The notes under the pieces are model-generated. The model made no database searches. It saw only the letters and a list, made by a program, of their open reading frames with translations, and was not told where the DNA came from. A program made the translations under genes and the position numbers. A stretch of DNA of 64,000 nt from NCBI GenBank assembly GCA_010093605.1, contig MU004196.1:456606-520605 (forward strand). Reading direction: 5' to 3'. Within the stretch, counting starts at the first letter, position 1; each line of letters starts with the position of its first letter. Source of the DNA: Lophium mytilinum (taxonomy: Eukaryota). Shown piece after piece: positions 1 through 11,087 of this stretch.

Positions 1-3000
1 AGGCCATTCACCTCAAATACGCAGAGCGCTACTAGCTGTGCCTTGTTGGCGATGTCGCCTAGCATTACGACGACATCTATGACCAAGCCAGTTCGCCTGA
101 TGGCATGCTCGATCTCACCAAGCTCAATTCGATGGCCATTAATCTTGACTTGATGATCTTTGCGGCCGAGACACTCGAGCTCGCCTCCCGGAAGCCATCG
201 TGCCAGGTCGCCCGTTCGGTAGATGCGGACACCAAGCGCCATGCTGTCCTTGAACACGGCCGCCGTAAGGTCGTCGCGGTTCATGTAGCCAGCGGTGACT
301 TGCGGCCCTGCGATACACAACTCTCCCGACGCCCCGTACGGTTGTAGCTCCTCGCCATCCGGGTCGACAATGAATGCCATGACGGTCGGGAATGGTGCGC
401 CGATGTTCGTAACTCGGCTTTCCTCAACGACTGCCTTGGCCGTGACCAATATTGACGTCTCTGTAGGTCCATATAGGTTTAGTATCTGGCACCGGGACCG
501 CCATGCCTCGAGCACGCTGTGCGTGAGAGGCTCTCCGCCTGACAAGAGCTTCTCAAAAGTAGGTACCTGCTCTGGTCGGAAAAGGTTTGCAACCGTAGGC
601 GTAAGCAGTGCCTTCTGGACACGCATGGCGTTGATGCGGGAAGCGATATCGGACATCAAACGCTCCATGGGCGCCATGCAGAGTGTGCCACCTGTGCTGA
701 GAGTCGTGAAAATGTCCAGCACCGACGCATCAAAGACATAGTTGGAGAACTGTAGCGTCCGCCATCCGCCTTCATGTTGGCCCTCTACATCTGCCATACT
801 CGCTATTGCCGTCGCCACGGCATAATGCGGTACCTTGACGCCTTTCGGTTGGCCTGTACTTCCTGAAGTGTAGATGACATAGGCAAGGTGCTGTGGTGTC
901 GCTGCTACTAAGGGCTTCTCTTTGGGCTTCGACGCGAGTGCTGAGCCTGCACGTTCGAATACTACCGTCTGAACGTCCTTATCATTTGACACAAATTTCG
1001 AATACATTTCATGGAGAATGACGAGGCGCGCGTTACAATTCTGGACGATGAAACGGTTCCGCTCGACAGGATGCTCTGGATTCAACGGGACATAGGCACC
1101 GCCGGCTTTCAACACTCCCAGAATGGACACGATGGTAGCAACCGACTTGTCAAGCATCAGCGCCACGACATCGCCGGCATTCATACTATGTTCTATTAAG
1201 AGATGGGCCAGCTGATTCGCGAGGTTGTTGAGCTCGCCATATGTTACATCTTCCGTGGCGTCCCAGTCGATAGCTATTTTGTTAGGGCTGAGGTTGGCAT
1301 GTCGTTCAAACTCCGCATGAAGCATCTGCGCTTCAGGCGTGTGCAAGGTATGCCTGTTTGAAAGAGCGTCGAATAAGTAATACCTCTCCTTATCACCAAG
1401 GATATCTAGGGTCGAGACTCGCGATTCTGGCTCCTCGAGCATGGCCGTGACGATTTTGACGAACGAGTCGCAGATGAAATTCAGGCGCCTCGATTCCATG
1501 TCGCTTGAGAGCCGGATAGTGGAAGCATTCTTGCCTTCTTCAACTTCGAGGAGCGTGAAGTCAGAGCCCCAGATTGGCCGGTCACCGTGTCTCTTGAAGA
1601 CTTTCTGGGCGTCATCGCTGGCTTCGTTACTGACTAAAATGTTGACGATAGTATCAAAACAACCAGGCTGGAGATGCCCAGCTCGCAGGGCTTCTTGCAT
1701 TCCAACTTGGGAGTGTTTCGCCATGCGAGCAAATCCGGTCATGGATGCCTTCGCTAGCCGAATGAGGGATTGGTTGGCTTCGATCTGGATCCGTTGTGGC
1801 ACAGTCACCATCGTTGGCCCGTCAATGCTATGAACGTCTAGCACTGGAACTTCTCTGCCGGATACGGTGGTAGCGAAGGTGACGTCGCTGATGCCGACAT
1901 GTCGAGAAAGCAATATAGCCCAAGCGGTATAAACGATCGCTCCCAGGGATACGCCCAAGAGCTTCGCCTTCTCCACGAGACTGATACCAAGATCTTTGGA
2001 AATACTAGTGCCTTGCTTTGTCGGGGCAAAATTGAGGCAGCTGTTGTGAGCACCTTGGAGGTATGAGGCCCAAAATTGGCCATCACCGATGCGGTCTCGG
2101 TCAACCAAAGATTTCACGAAGTTCCTGAACTTGGGCCTCCTTGGAATATCCTTTCCCAAATATGCCGCTGCTACATCCTCATACAAGAAGCGATGGGACC
2201 AGAAGTCAAAGAGACTATGGTGCATGGTGACAACGAGATATTTCCCGGAGATGAAGCCCACTCGAAACAGTGGCCCTGATATAGGCAACTCCAATTGGCG
2301 GTCCTTGTCCATGTACTCCTCGAGGGAGCATTGGACTTCGCTCCATGGGAGATCAAGATCGCGCCGCACATACTGGACGAATGACTTTCGATTGGCCACA
2401 AAACCGGTCCTTAGGATATCCCGATCTAAGAAGACCTGTTGGAAGCCCTGTCTCATCCGCGCTGCGTTCATGCCAGCAACATCCCAGACTCGACGGTACG
2501 TGTATATGTCACTTTCTCCGTTTAGCGTGATCAGAAGACCGGCCTGCAGAGAGGTCGCAGGGTATGCGTCTTCCACGATGAGATCTCGCCGGAGGTCACT
2601 AATTACCCCTGATTCCTCGAGCAAAGAGAAAGGTTCAGCATCAGCATGGTCCTTGGAGACAACCCGGGCGGTCAGCGCTACTTCCTCGAGAGACTCGTCA
2701 CTCAGAAAGCTACTAAACTCGACCACGAGACCTTGGCCGCGGAGCTTGGCTACTGCTTGAATGGCGATAATCGAGTTTCCACCCAGCATGAGTAACGAGT
2801 GATGGCGTCTGACGGCGAGGTAATCAATGCCCAGCACATCAGCCCAGGCCTGAGCGATTCGAATCTGTAGGGAGTCTAAAGCTTCTTCCTCCCCTGGACG
2901 CGCCAAAAGCTCTGCAAAGCCAGCAGTTCCAAGTTCGATTGCCACGTTCCGGATCTCGTCAAAGTTGAACTTCCCGCTCGCGGTTGTGGGAATCTTTTCG

Positions 3001-4442
3001 AGCGGCAGCCACAATGTTGGAACCATGTACGCTGGGAGCGCAGCACGCATATGACGTAGCAACAAGGGCACGGCATCGCTCCAGGCAAGTCCGCTTTTGA
3101 GCACAACGGCTGCTACCAGGGCAAGGCGGCCATCCACTGCAGTTCCCACTGAAGCACATGCAACGACGGCAGGGTGCGTTATCAGGACACGGTCGACTTC
3201 GTTGGGGTCAACCTTCTGCCCATTGACCTTGATTTGCAGGTCTAGACGGCCTAACAGCTCCACCGGACCATCATGATCACCGAGCTGCCGTGCCCGGTCT
3301 CCCGTTTTATAGAGCTTACCTTGCCCGAACGGATTATCTACGAACTTCGAGGCGGTGAGCTCGGGCAAATTCAGGTATCCGGCAGCTAATTGACGGCCAG
3401 CCAAGCAGAGTTCACCCGCAACACCAACAGGAGCTAGACGTAGGCTCCCTGGCACCAATATGTAGGCCGTTGTGGTGTCATTTGGAGTACCGACAATGCC
3501 AGGGCTGCTGTCAACTGCGAGCGTACGACCGAAGTTCAACTGCGTGCACTCGCTAAGCCCATACGTGTTTCGTAATTTGACGTTCGAGCTGCCAGCCCAG
3601 ATGCGGACCAATGACTCCGGGATTTGCTCGCCAACGAGGGTGATCAGTCGAACACTAGGTATATCTGCGGGCTTTAGAAGTGTGAGTGCTGACGGCGTGA
3701 TTCCTAGTGCATCGATTCTGTTGCGATTGATAACACCAGCCAAGTCGGTGCTTAGGCTGCTCTTGCTTGCTATTACTAGCGTTCCACCATGGATCAATGT
3801 GGACAGCATTGTCCTCTGTGCGGCTGAGAAGGTGGGATTGTAAAAGAGAAGCCATCGTGAGAGACCAGAAAGAGAATAGTGGACGATCCCAGTCGCGGCG
3901 GCTTCGTGGGTCAACACCGCTCCCTTGGGCTTTCCAGTAGATCCAGAGGTGTAGACGATGTAACACCTATCCCCCGGCGTAACCCTGGCTCGTGTTCGTT
4001 CTTTCTCGGGCACGAACTGAGATGCTGTCACCAGCATATCTTCGATGTTCTTACACATGGGAAACTGATGGCAGTATTTGGCGTCTGCCAGGATAGCTGA
4101 TGGGGCACAGTCCTCCACAACCTGTGAATTCCTCTGCGCTGGGCTGTCTGGATCCAGGATTGTGTAGCATGATCCCGACTTCAAGACGGCTAGGATTGCA
4201 ACGACCAAGTTGGGCGACCGGTCCATGAGGATAGGAACGATCTCTCCTTTTTGGAGGTGGAGTGAGTATGCAAGATTGTCCGAGAGGCTGTCGAGCTTCT
4301 GGAATGTCATAGGATCCATTCCTTCGAACTCAATAGCATTTCGAGAAGGATGGCGGGAAACTGCATCGTCAAAGAGAGCCGTGAGTGTGAGCTCTCGCGC
4401 GTCTAGGAGCGGTTTGTGCTGGACTGCATCTTTGGAGACCAT
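1..4442 (-). CDS. Nonribosomal peptide synthetase, A1-T-C-A2..., runs off the left edge (SidE/FtpA-like architecture)
   Basis: Manual minus-strand translation from ATG at 4442 (MVSKDAVQHK...). A1 motifs YIVYTSGSTGKPKG (~3930-3965) and LYKTGDRAR. T domain LGGNSIIAIQ (~2760-2790). C domain MHHSLFD (~2205-2227). A2 motifs YVIYTSGSTGQPKG (~840-885), NLYGPTE, YRTGDLAR and GRKDHQVKINGHRIELGEIE. Absent from the ORF track, presumably because no stop falls inside the window. Confidence 0.95.
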   Translation of the reverse strand, partial: MVSKDAVQHKPLLDARELTLTALFDDAVSRHPSRNAIEFEGMDPMTFQKLDSLSDNLAYSLHLQKGEIVPILMDRSPNLVVAILAVLKSGSCYTILDPDSPAQRNSQVVEDCAPSAILADAKYCHQFPMCKNIEDMLVTASQFVPEKERTRARVTPGDRCYIVYTSGSTGKPKGAVLTHEAAATGIVHYSLSGLSRWLLFYNPTFSAAQRTMLSTLIHGGTLVIASKSSLSTDLAGVINRNRIDALGITPSALTLLKPADIPSVRLITLVGEQIPESLVRIWAGSSNVKLRNTYGLSECTQLNFGRTLAVDSSPGIVGTPNDTTTAYILVPGSLRLAPVGVAGELCLAGRQLAAGYLNLPELTASKFVDNPFGQGKLYKTGDRARQLGDHDGPVELLGRLDLQIKVNGQKVDPNEVDRVLITHPAVVACASVGTAVDGRLALVAAVVLKSGLAWSDAVPLLLRHMRAALPAYMVPTLWLPLEKIPTTASGKFNFDEIRNVAIELGTAGFAELLARPGEEEALDSLQIRIAQAWADVLGIDYLAVRRHHSLLMLGGNSIIAIQAVAKLRGQGLVVEFSSFLSDESLEEVALTARVVSKDHADAEPFSLLEESGVISDLRRDLIVEDAYPATSLQAGLLITLNGESDIYTYRRVWDVAGMNAARMRQGFQQVFLDRDILRTGFVANRKSFVQYVRRDLDLPWSEVQCSLEEYMDKDRQLELPISGPLFRVGFISGKYLVVTMHHSLFDFWSHRFLYEDVAAAYLGKDIPRRPKFRNFVKSLVDRDRIGDGQFWASYLQGAHNSCLNFAPTKQGTSISKDLGISLVEKAKLLGVSLGAIVYTAWAILLSRHVGISDVTFATTVSGREVPVLDVHSIDGPTMVTVPQRIQIEANQSLIRLAKASMTGFARMAKHSQVGMQEALRAGHLQPGCFDTIVNILVSNEASDDAQKVFKRHGDRPIWGSDFTLLEVEEGKNASTIRLSSDMESRRLNFICDSFVKIVTAMLEEPESRVSTLDILGDKERYYLFDALSNRHTLHTPEAQMLHAEFERHANLSPNKIAIDWDATEDVTYGELNNLANQLAHLLIEHSMNAGDVVALMLDKSVATIVSILGVLKAGGAYVPLNPEHPVERNRFIVQNCNARLVILHEMYSKFVSNDKDVQTVVFERAGSALASKPKEKPLVAATPQHLAYVIYTSGSTGQPKGVKVPHYAVATAIASMADVEGQHEGGWRTLQFSNYVFDASVLDIFTTLSTGGTLCMAPMERLMSDIASRINAMRVQKALLTPTVANLFRPEQVPTFEKLLSGGEPLTHSVLEAWRSRCQILNLYGPTETSILVTAKAVVEESRVTNIGAPFPTVMAFIVDPDGEELQPYGASGELCIAGPQVTAGYMNRDDLTAAVFKDSMALGVRIYRTGDLARWLPGGELECLGRKDHQVKINGHRIELGEIEHAIRRTGLVIDVVVMLGDIANKAQLVALCVFEVNG

Positions 4443-5628
4443 ATTTGATGAGCAGCCGCGAAGTGGATGTAAGTGCTTGGGCAATCTCAATGCCGTGGAA
4501 ACGACCAGACTTTATTTAAGTTCAACAAAGAGCAGTTGTTTTGTAAAGAGCAGATGCTGTTCCGGAGTGGCTAGTCAAGACTGTTTGAGGCTGAAACTCC
4601 GCCGTCAAGAATGAGTATTCTTGTGCCGGTTTCAGTTTGTTACAAGAGGAGGAAGACAATTCTACGGAGAAGAGCCCGCAGTGGTGGGGCGAAGCCGGCG
4701 AGGAGTGAGTGTATGAACAAGGAGCAGAAAAGAATGTCGGAAGAGAAAACCTCTTGGTGGGGTTCTTGGTAAGGAAGAAAGCTCAAAGGTTCTGACCCGG
4801 GTTTATATACCGCCAGTGTCGACCGCCAGGATGATGTCCAACAGTTCAGCACTACGTGACTGTCCAGGGCGAGGGAGAGGTGTTCAAGAGGGAGAGGTGT
4901 TCACGCGTGCCCGGGGGCACTTCCGGACCTTCACCGCTACGAATGCCTCGCCCGACGCCTGCCGGGGGAAACCGTTCACCAAGTGCTTATCGATGCCATG
5001 AAGAGGCTCAGCCATTTATTGCCAGCGAGTAGGAGATTCAGCGATAGGTCCTAAAGCTGGCCTCAATTCACTACTTTGTAGCTAAGTGCTCAGGCCCCAA
5101 GCTAGCAGCACAAGGGCCCCTCTCAGAGCGACGAGGGTTAACGCACTGAAAATGGCTATCGTGAGATACAGACTCGCCGCCAAGGTGTGAAGAAGCCTCC
5201 ACCGCTATGATGAGAAGAGCTGCTGTGATAACCCTTCACATAGCCTCTTCTCAATAGATGTGGCCGACGCTAACCTTGCTTAACACAGTTTCCTCCACAC
5301 ACCGACATTTCCAGGGCTCTTTCTCAAGCTTTGACATACGATTGCTATCAATTCACTGCGTAAGCGAGCTTTGCTGTCAAGCCGGACCGGAGCTAACGCC
5401 GCTCCGCGATCACGGCCCTTCTATAAATCCGGCAGCCTACAACCTCACCTCTACTTTCTCTCCACAGAACTCAGTGCCATCCACTGCTCAGTGCACTACT
5501 CTTAGTACCACAGCACCAGCCCACGGTCCATACTACCATCCCTGACGAGTCCCATCACTTTCGGCCTCCACCTCTTTCGTTAGGTCTATCAGTAAAGCAG
5601 GCTCGCCCAAGCTCGAAGGGTATACAAT

Positions 5629-7025
5629 ATGAAGACTTCGCGCTCCTCTCAGGGGCATGGCTCACACGCCACCGGTCCTCAATCTGAACTCGGAGTCATC
5701 GCCACCGACGGCCACAAGCACGATACGATCAGTCCCCATCCTCCGGCCAACAATAACCTGCCCCCAAACGGCGGCACGCGGGCCTGGCTGCAGGTGCTCG
5801 GCGGGTTCTTCCTGTTCATGAACTCATGGTAAGCTAGATCGTTCGCTGGGGCCCTCCCGCTTTGTTGCTTTCGATAGCTCCAACTAACACAACGGCCATT
5901 AGGGGGATCGTGAACACCTATGGCGTCTACCAAACGTACTACGAGCGCAATCTGCTCCATCAAAAGAGCCCGTCAAGCATTTCATGGATTGGCTCCACCC
6001 AAGCCTTCCTACTCATCTTCATCAGCGTCGCCACCGGGCCGCTCTTCGACCTTGGCTACTTCATCCCCGTGCTATTACCGTTAGGCTCCGTCCTCATTGT
6101 CTTCGGCATGATGATGACTAGTGTATGCAATCACTATTGGCAGGTGATGCTTGCTCAAGGAGTTGTGATTGGTTTAGGATGTGGGTGCCTCTTTCTCCCC
6201 AGTGTGGCCATCGTTTCGACCTACTTCACCACCAAGAAAGCCTTCGCCACCGGTATAGTAGCTGTGGGAGGCAGTGTCGGTGGGGTCCTCTACTCTCTCC
6301 TCTTCGCGCGCCTGCAGCCTAGCATCGGCTTCGCCTGGGCCACCCGCACCATCGGTTTCATCGCGCTCGCCACACTGGGAATATCCGCAGCTGTCTTGCG
6401 CGTCCGCGTCCTACCACCGGCCCGACGCAGACTCCTAGATCACACCGCCTTCCGCGAAATCCCATACACGGTTTTCAGCATCGCCGAGTTCCTTGGATTC
6501 ATCGGCATATATATACCTTTCTTCTACATTCAGAGCTACGCCCTGGATCGCGGAGTGAACCCACATCTGGTGTTCTACCTCGTCACCATCCTCAACGCCG
6601 CATCGATATTTGGACGTCTCGGCCCGAATTATGTAGCTGACCGCATTGGACCTCTGAACGTCCTCATACCCTGCTGCATCATCACTGCACTCCTTGGCTT
6701 TTGCTGGATCGCCATCGACAGCACGGCTGGGATCGTCGTCTTTTGCATTCTATACGGTTTCTTCTCCGGCGCCTTCGTCACCCTTCCTCCGACCATCATT
6801 GTCGGTCTATCACCGAGCCTCAGTGTCTTGGGCGCAAGAATGGGCATGAGCTTTTCGTTGGCGGCGTTTGGTAGTCTGATTGGCACTCCAGTGGCAGGTG
6901 TCATCCTGAAGAAGTATGGATGGGTTGGTCTGCAAGCATTCTGTGGTGCGAGCGTTGGCGCAGCTTCAATTGCAATCATCGTTACGCGGATGAAGAAGAC
7001 GCCGCGACTAATGGAGAAGGCATAG
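5629..7025 (+). CDS. MFS transporter, monocarboxylate porter (MCT/Mch-like) family
   Basis: PPNGGTRAWLQVLGGFFLFMNSW|GIVNTYGVYQTYY signature; GT-AG intron 5829-5902; about 12 hydrophobic segments; divergent from the NRPS. Confidence 0.92.
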
Positions 7026-7633
7026 GGACGAGCGATCCAGCTGTGCCACTGAGTCTATATGGGAGGCTGGACCAAGCGAAGATACACGGGAAGATACTGG
7101 AGATAGATCATTTGCTTACTTGAGCGCTCTTTGACTTCTTTCTAACAAAACTTCCCTTGGTGTTCCTTGCGGAAAAGCAAATTCGTCCTCTTTAATTCGA
7201 GCTTATTGGAATACATGAATTCTGGAGTTATATAGTCGTAGTGACTTGCTTGCCATTGATTTCGTTGAGATGAGCAGCGAAGCCCCGTTACCACTTCACC
7301 ACTTCATAAGAAACCTTTCCGTCCCGGCTTTGATAATGGTAAGATGCGTGTAAAGACAATCCTACTGCGGCGGCGTAAAAGACTTTTCGAGCTTACCAAA
7401 CTGCTTTTATGCTCCTCGTATGGTTCGGTTGTGCGATCTCTTAGCCCGTCGTGGCGCAACGCTCGGATTTTCTGTTGAACACACTGTGTGAGGGGACACT
7501 CTGACACCATCTGAGGTGGCCCGTAAGGCTGTTCAGTCTTGTTAAAACAGTTCTTTTCCGATCTCTAATAATGTACTACAGGACCCCAGGCGGTGCTAGG
7601 AGCCAAATGCGACGGGCCATGAGATACCATTGA

Positions 7634-8950
7634 TTAGGCTGATTGACCTTGGTCCTCTCTTAAATTTGCCCGCTCTTGCAAATTGATCAGTTTTTCTTCA
7701 TTCTCAATACAGCTTATATCCATGTCGGGATCGTCGTTCATATACGAATCGATTTTCCTTTGTGCTAGATAGTGACGCCATGGATACTCGTGCAATCCAA
7801 GCCAAGTGGTAGTGACCGCGCCTATCCATTTCTCTCCTGTCACAACGGATCGGTTCCATATCTTCGAAATGTGCAACATAACACATTCAAAGTTCTCCCC
7901 TGGTAGCCGGCACTTGCATATAGAGACCGATCATTGACAATCGATCGCCAGGCAAAGCAGCTTTCGGGATTTTTGGGCAGGGCGTCTGCAGGGAAAGATT
8001 GATTCTTGCGAGTCCACGTCATATCTGTTGTCCTCGAGCACCGTTTGTATACCCTTCGAGAACCGGTGGTGGTTAATTTCTACGTGAGGGCAGATAACTT
8101 CGCCTGCTTCTAATAGCCTGTCCAGCGCTACCTGTATTTCTTGCAGAGGAACCGAAGTTATACCGTTGAGGGGAAAAGGCCCTAAAGTGAGCCCGAATTG
8201 AGCTATATCTCAGTAGAGACATAGCCCTGCCTTGTCCCCTGAACGCATTTAATGAGACACGCGGGGAGAAAGAGTACCGATTGTAGCTAGCGTAGCCACC
8301 AAAGTGATAGCTCGAGCCAACGGCATGGTCTTCGTGTCGGCAGACGAAGTTGGCGCCTGGGAGAATGAGTGCATCGAGTTCAGCGTGCGTGAAGCTGTGG
8401 TGGGCGCATAGACGGAATTTGTTCTCCGTTCCTAGGCAACATCGTTCAAGTGGAGACACTGTTTGTTGCTCTCGAGAGAACAAATGAGCCGAATGGCGGG
8501 TACTGCACGCACTACACCAGATGCGATATTGTAGAGGCTGGTTTCTGTAATAGATTGACCTAAATGCAGACACATCTATCTGCGTATAGGTCTTTGGCGC
8601 TTGAGGATGCGGGAAGGCTTTTTCTAGCTCGGCGGTCCTGCAATCAAACTCGTTGAGCGGAAAGATCCCCCTATCCGGCAGGATCGTGTGTCGAAGTGCC
8701 CTGCACGTGCCACGAATGGCGAGCCTGGAAATTGGAGAGAGGCATTCCTCGATCATTTAGACCAGCTCGAGGGGAAGCCTAATGATTGGACTCTCGGCTT
8801 CGTTATGGCGGGATGCAGCCTTCTGTTGTTGGGATGATTTCAACGTTGTATGAAGAAGAGACATTCTCTGGATTATGCTTGATCTATAGGGTCGAGGCTT
8901 GACTTCCATAGTGCTCAACAGGAGGAGTATTCCCATAGTGCTCGACATGA
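7634..8950 (-). pseudogene. F-box domain protein, disrupted
   Basis: SPIIRLPLELV*MIEECLSPISRLAIRGTCRALR is an F-box-like motif split by an in-frame TAA at 8757-8759. Downstream coding potential is broken across ORFs 8073-8756, 7840-8022 and 7634-7879. Ends are uncertain. Confidence 0.6.
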
Positions 8951-9343
8951 GGAGTATTCGTACGAAATCTGGTCGTGTGCGTGACTGCTGGAGGGCGACT
9001 AGAGGAGTTCGCGAGGTGTGTGTGGTGACGAAGTTGCATTTCAAGACGTAGATATGTGGCATTGGTGTGGTGTGGGACCCAAGAAGCGCTGAGATATGGA
9101 TGAGCCATAGAAGCACCCAAGGTTCGGAGATGCGCTAGCATTCTCTGTACCAACGATACCAAACCAATGAGAAGGACGAGGTGAGGACGCCGAAACGGCA
9201 CACCCGGTATATTGGAGTCTTGATATTTAACACCGTGATTGAAATAAGGCTCCATCCTACCGGAGAATGAGAGCTGCGCTAAACACAGTGTTGAAGCTGT
9301 GTATGTTCGTACACTTTGCTTCCCCTTTTTCTGGACTCAAGCA

Positions 9344-9619
9344 TACTAATGAAACGGGGGTTAGCGAATCAACTACTAACCTTCGTACGCCCTTCTAATG
9401 CAGTCTAGAATGGGCTTTTAGATCTACTACGGTCACTCTTCATAGAAACTACTAGCTTCGTCTACCACCGCTCAAGGGCCCTTACAGTATTGTCAGCGTT
9501 CCGCATAGCGAAAAGCAAAGCATCTTGGACTAGTAGTAAACTCGCGAGGCTACTCCAGCCAGTGGCGACATGGTGTACGCGGATAGAAGCGTATTCGCTG
9601 CCCCCGGTTTCTAATAGTA
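9344..9619. mobile_element. Candidate MITE (~275 bp, imperfect ~27-bp terminal inverted repeats, TA at both ends)
   Basis: Left end TACTAATGAAACGGGGGTTAGCGAAT versus reverse complement of right end TACTATTAGAAACCGGGGGCAGCGAAT; non-coding interior. Confidence 0.4.
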
Positions 9620-10170
9620 CGTGGAAGCCCGACAAACGATGGTAGCGAAATGTATGGATATCTATGGCAAGCCATTGTAGTTCGTTCGAATTGGGACTAG
9701 TTGCGGTAAAGCTGAGAATCTGCCCACTTGGGTTCTATTATATTGATAGACTTGCTACTAGTATTGACGTCTTCGGTGCTTGCAGCTGTAATCTCCTAGC
9801 TGTTACCTTGCCTTAGAGTTGTGAGGTATCCACAAGAAGGCTTATGTTTGTGTTGGTCGCACTAGTTACGATTACCGAAATCTTGCATCGTCTGGAACCC
9901 ACTCAGAACAAGCATATTAGTGATGGGTTCGCCGTCGCCGCCCCGCCCCGTGGCCTAGAGTCATCAGGAATAAAGTCGAAGCTGCGAAGTCGGAATAGTA
10001 GGGTAGACGATAACGATCAGAATCGAGGCGATTTGCTTTGTGCAGCGATGTGATTGTTGGGAACATCGGTCGAGGAGGTCCCCAGAGTCTGGCTACGCTG
10101 ATTCGCCACTGCTGAGGGTGTGCCCACAAGTTTGGAAAGCGTAAGCGCAATGTCAAGTTCCTAGCAGCGT

Positions 10171-10510
10171 AGATTAGACTGCTTCTTTACTTACTTGTTT
10201 TTGACTAGCTGGGCTACTCCTCTCAGCGGCGTCAAGTGAGCAAGAGTGGAGCCTGTGTAATGATATATCTGCGTGCCCAAATGCATAATTAGGTACAAAG
10301 ACCGGCCACAAGTCTGCGCACATCTGTTTGCCACTGCTTGGTCTTACCTTCACGGGATTCCTAAGATTCATAGGGCATGTCGAATTCTAAGCAGTGTACC
10401 TTAGACTGCATCTTGACTAAATGGCTGTTCAGCAGCCAGTTACCCCATACGGCGGTGTCAAGCGAGCAGTTTTGGAGTCGCACAGTGACAGATTTGTGTG
10501 CCTAGACTTA
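10171..10510 (+). repeat. Two degenerate units of the bipartite box A-N28-box B repeat family
   Basis: attagactgcttctttac(10190)-N28-cctctcagcggcgtcaagtgagcaagagtggagcc (box B at 10219) and ttagactgcatcttgac(10417)-N27-ccatacggcggtgtcaagcgagcag (box B at 10445). Downstream flanks align with the array units at 12993 and 14106. Confidence 0.75.
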
Positions 10511-11087
10511 CCCGGCGCTTTCACCCTCCTCGCAGAGCCCGTCGCATTTGGCTCTACCATATCGATAAAAATACAACCAATAGGAAGCTTCGAGTAATGA
10601 GAGCTGCAGCGAAATGCGTAGGCAGCATATGCCCTATAGGCTTTTCGTAGGCTAGCCTAGCACCGCCTGGAGTCCTGTAGTACATTATAAGAGGTCGGAA
10701 AATGACAATTTTAACAAGACCAAAAGCCTGCGGGCCACTTCAAGCGGTATCAGACTGTCCGAGCGTTGCGCTACGACGGGCCATGGGATAGTCTAGTACT
10801 GGAAAGGTGAATGTGCGATAGCGCCCAAATTATCAGCCCATAAAGCCGAGAGGAGCATTCACTTAAGTGATGGCCTGGCAACGTGAGTGTCAAAGACGGG
10901 CTTACAAAGTTGAACTGGGTGAAAGTACATGACGCACTTGCCTTGTTATATAATCCTCACCCCGGGGAGTGTTGACTCCCTCACAGCACCGAATCATCTT
11001 CCACCAACACCACCACTGTCTCACTACCGCCTCACCCAGCACTGTCTCACTATCACCTCACTCAGCCCGACTACTATCAACCCAGCT

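Noticed and set aside
105..4614. Many short ORFs in the track over the NRPS
   Set aside because: Antisense or out-of-frame shadows of the long minus-strand NRPS frame.
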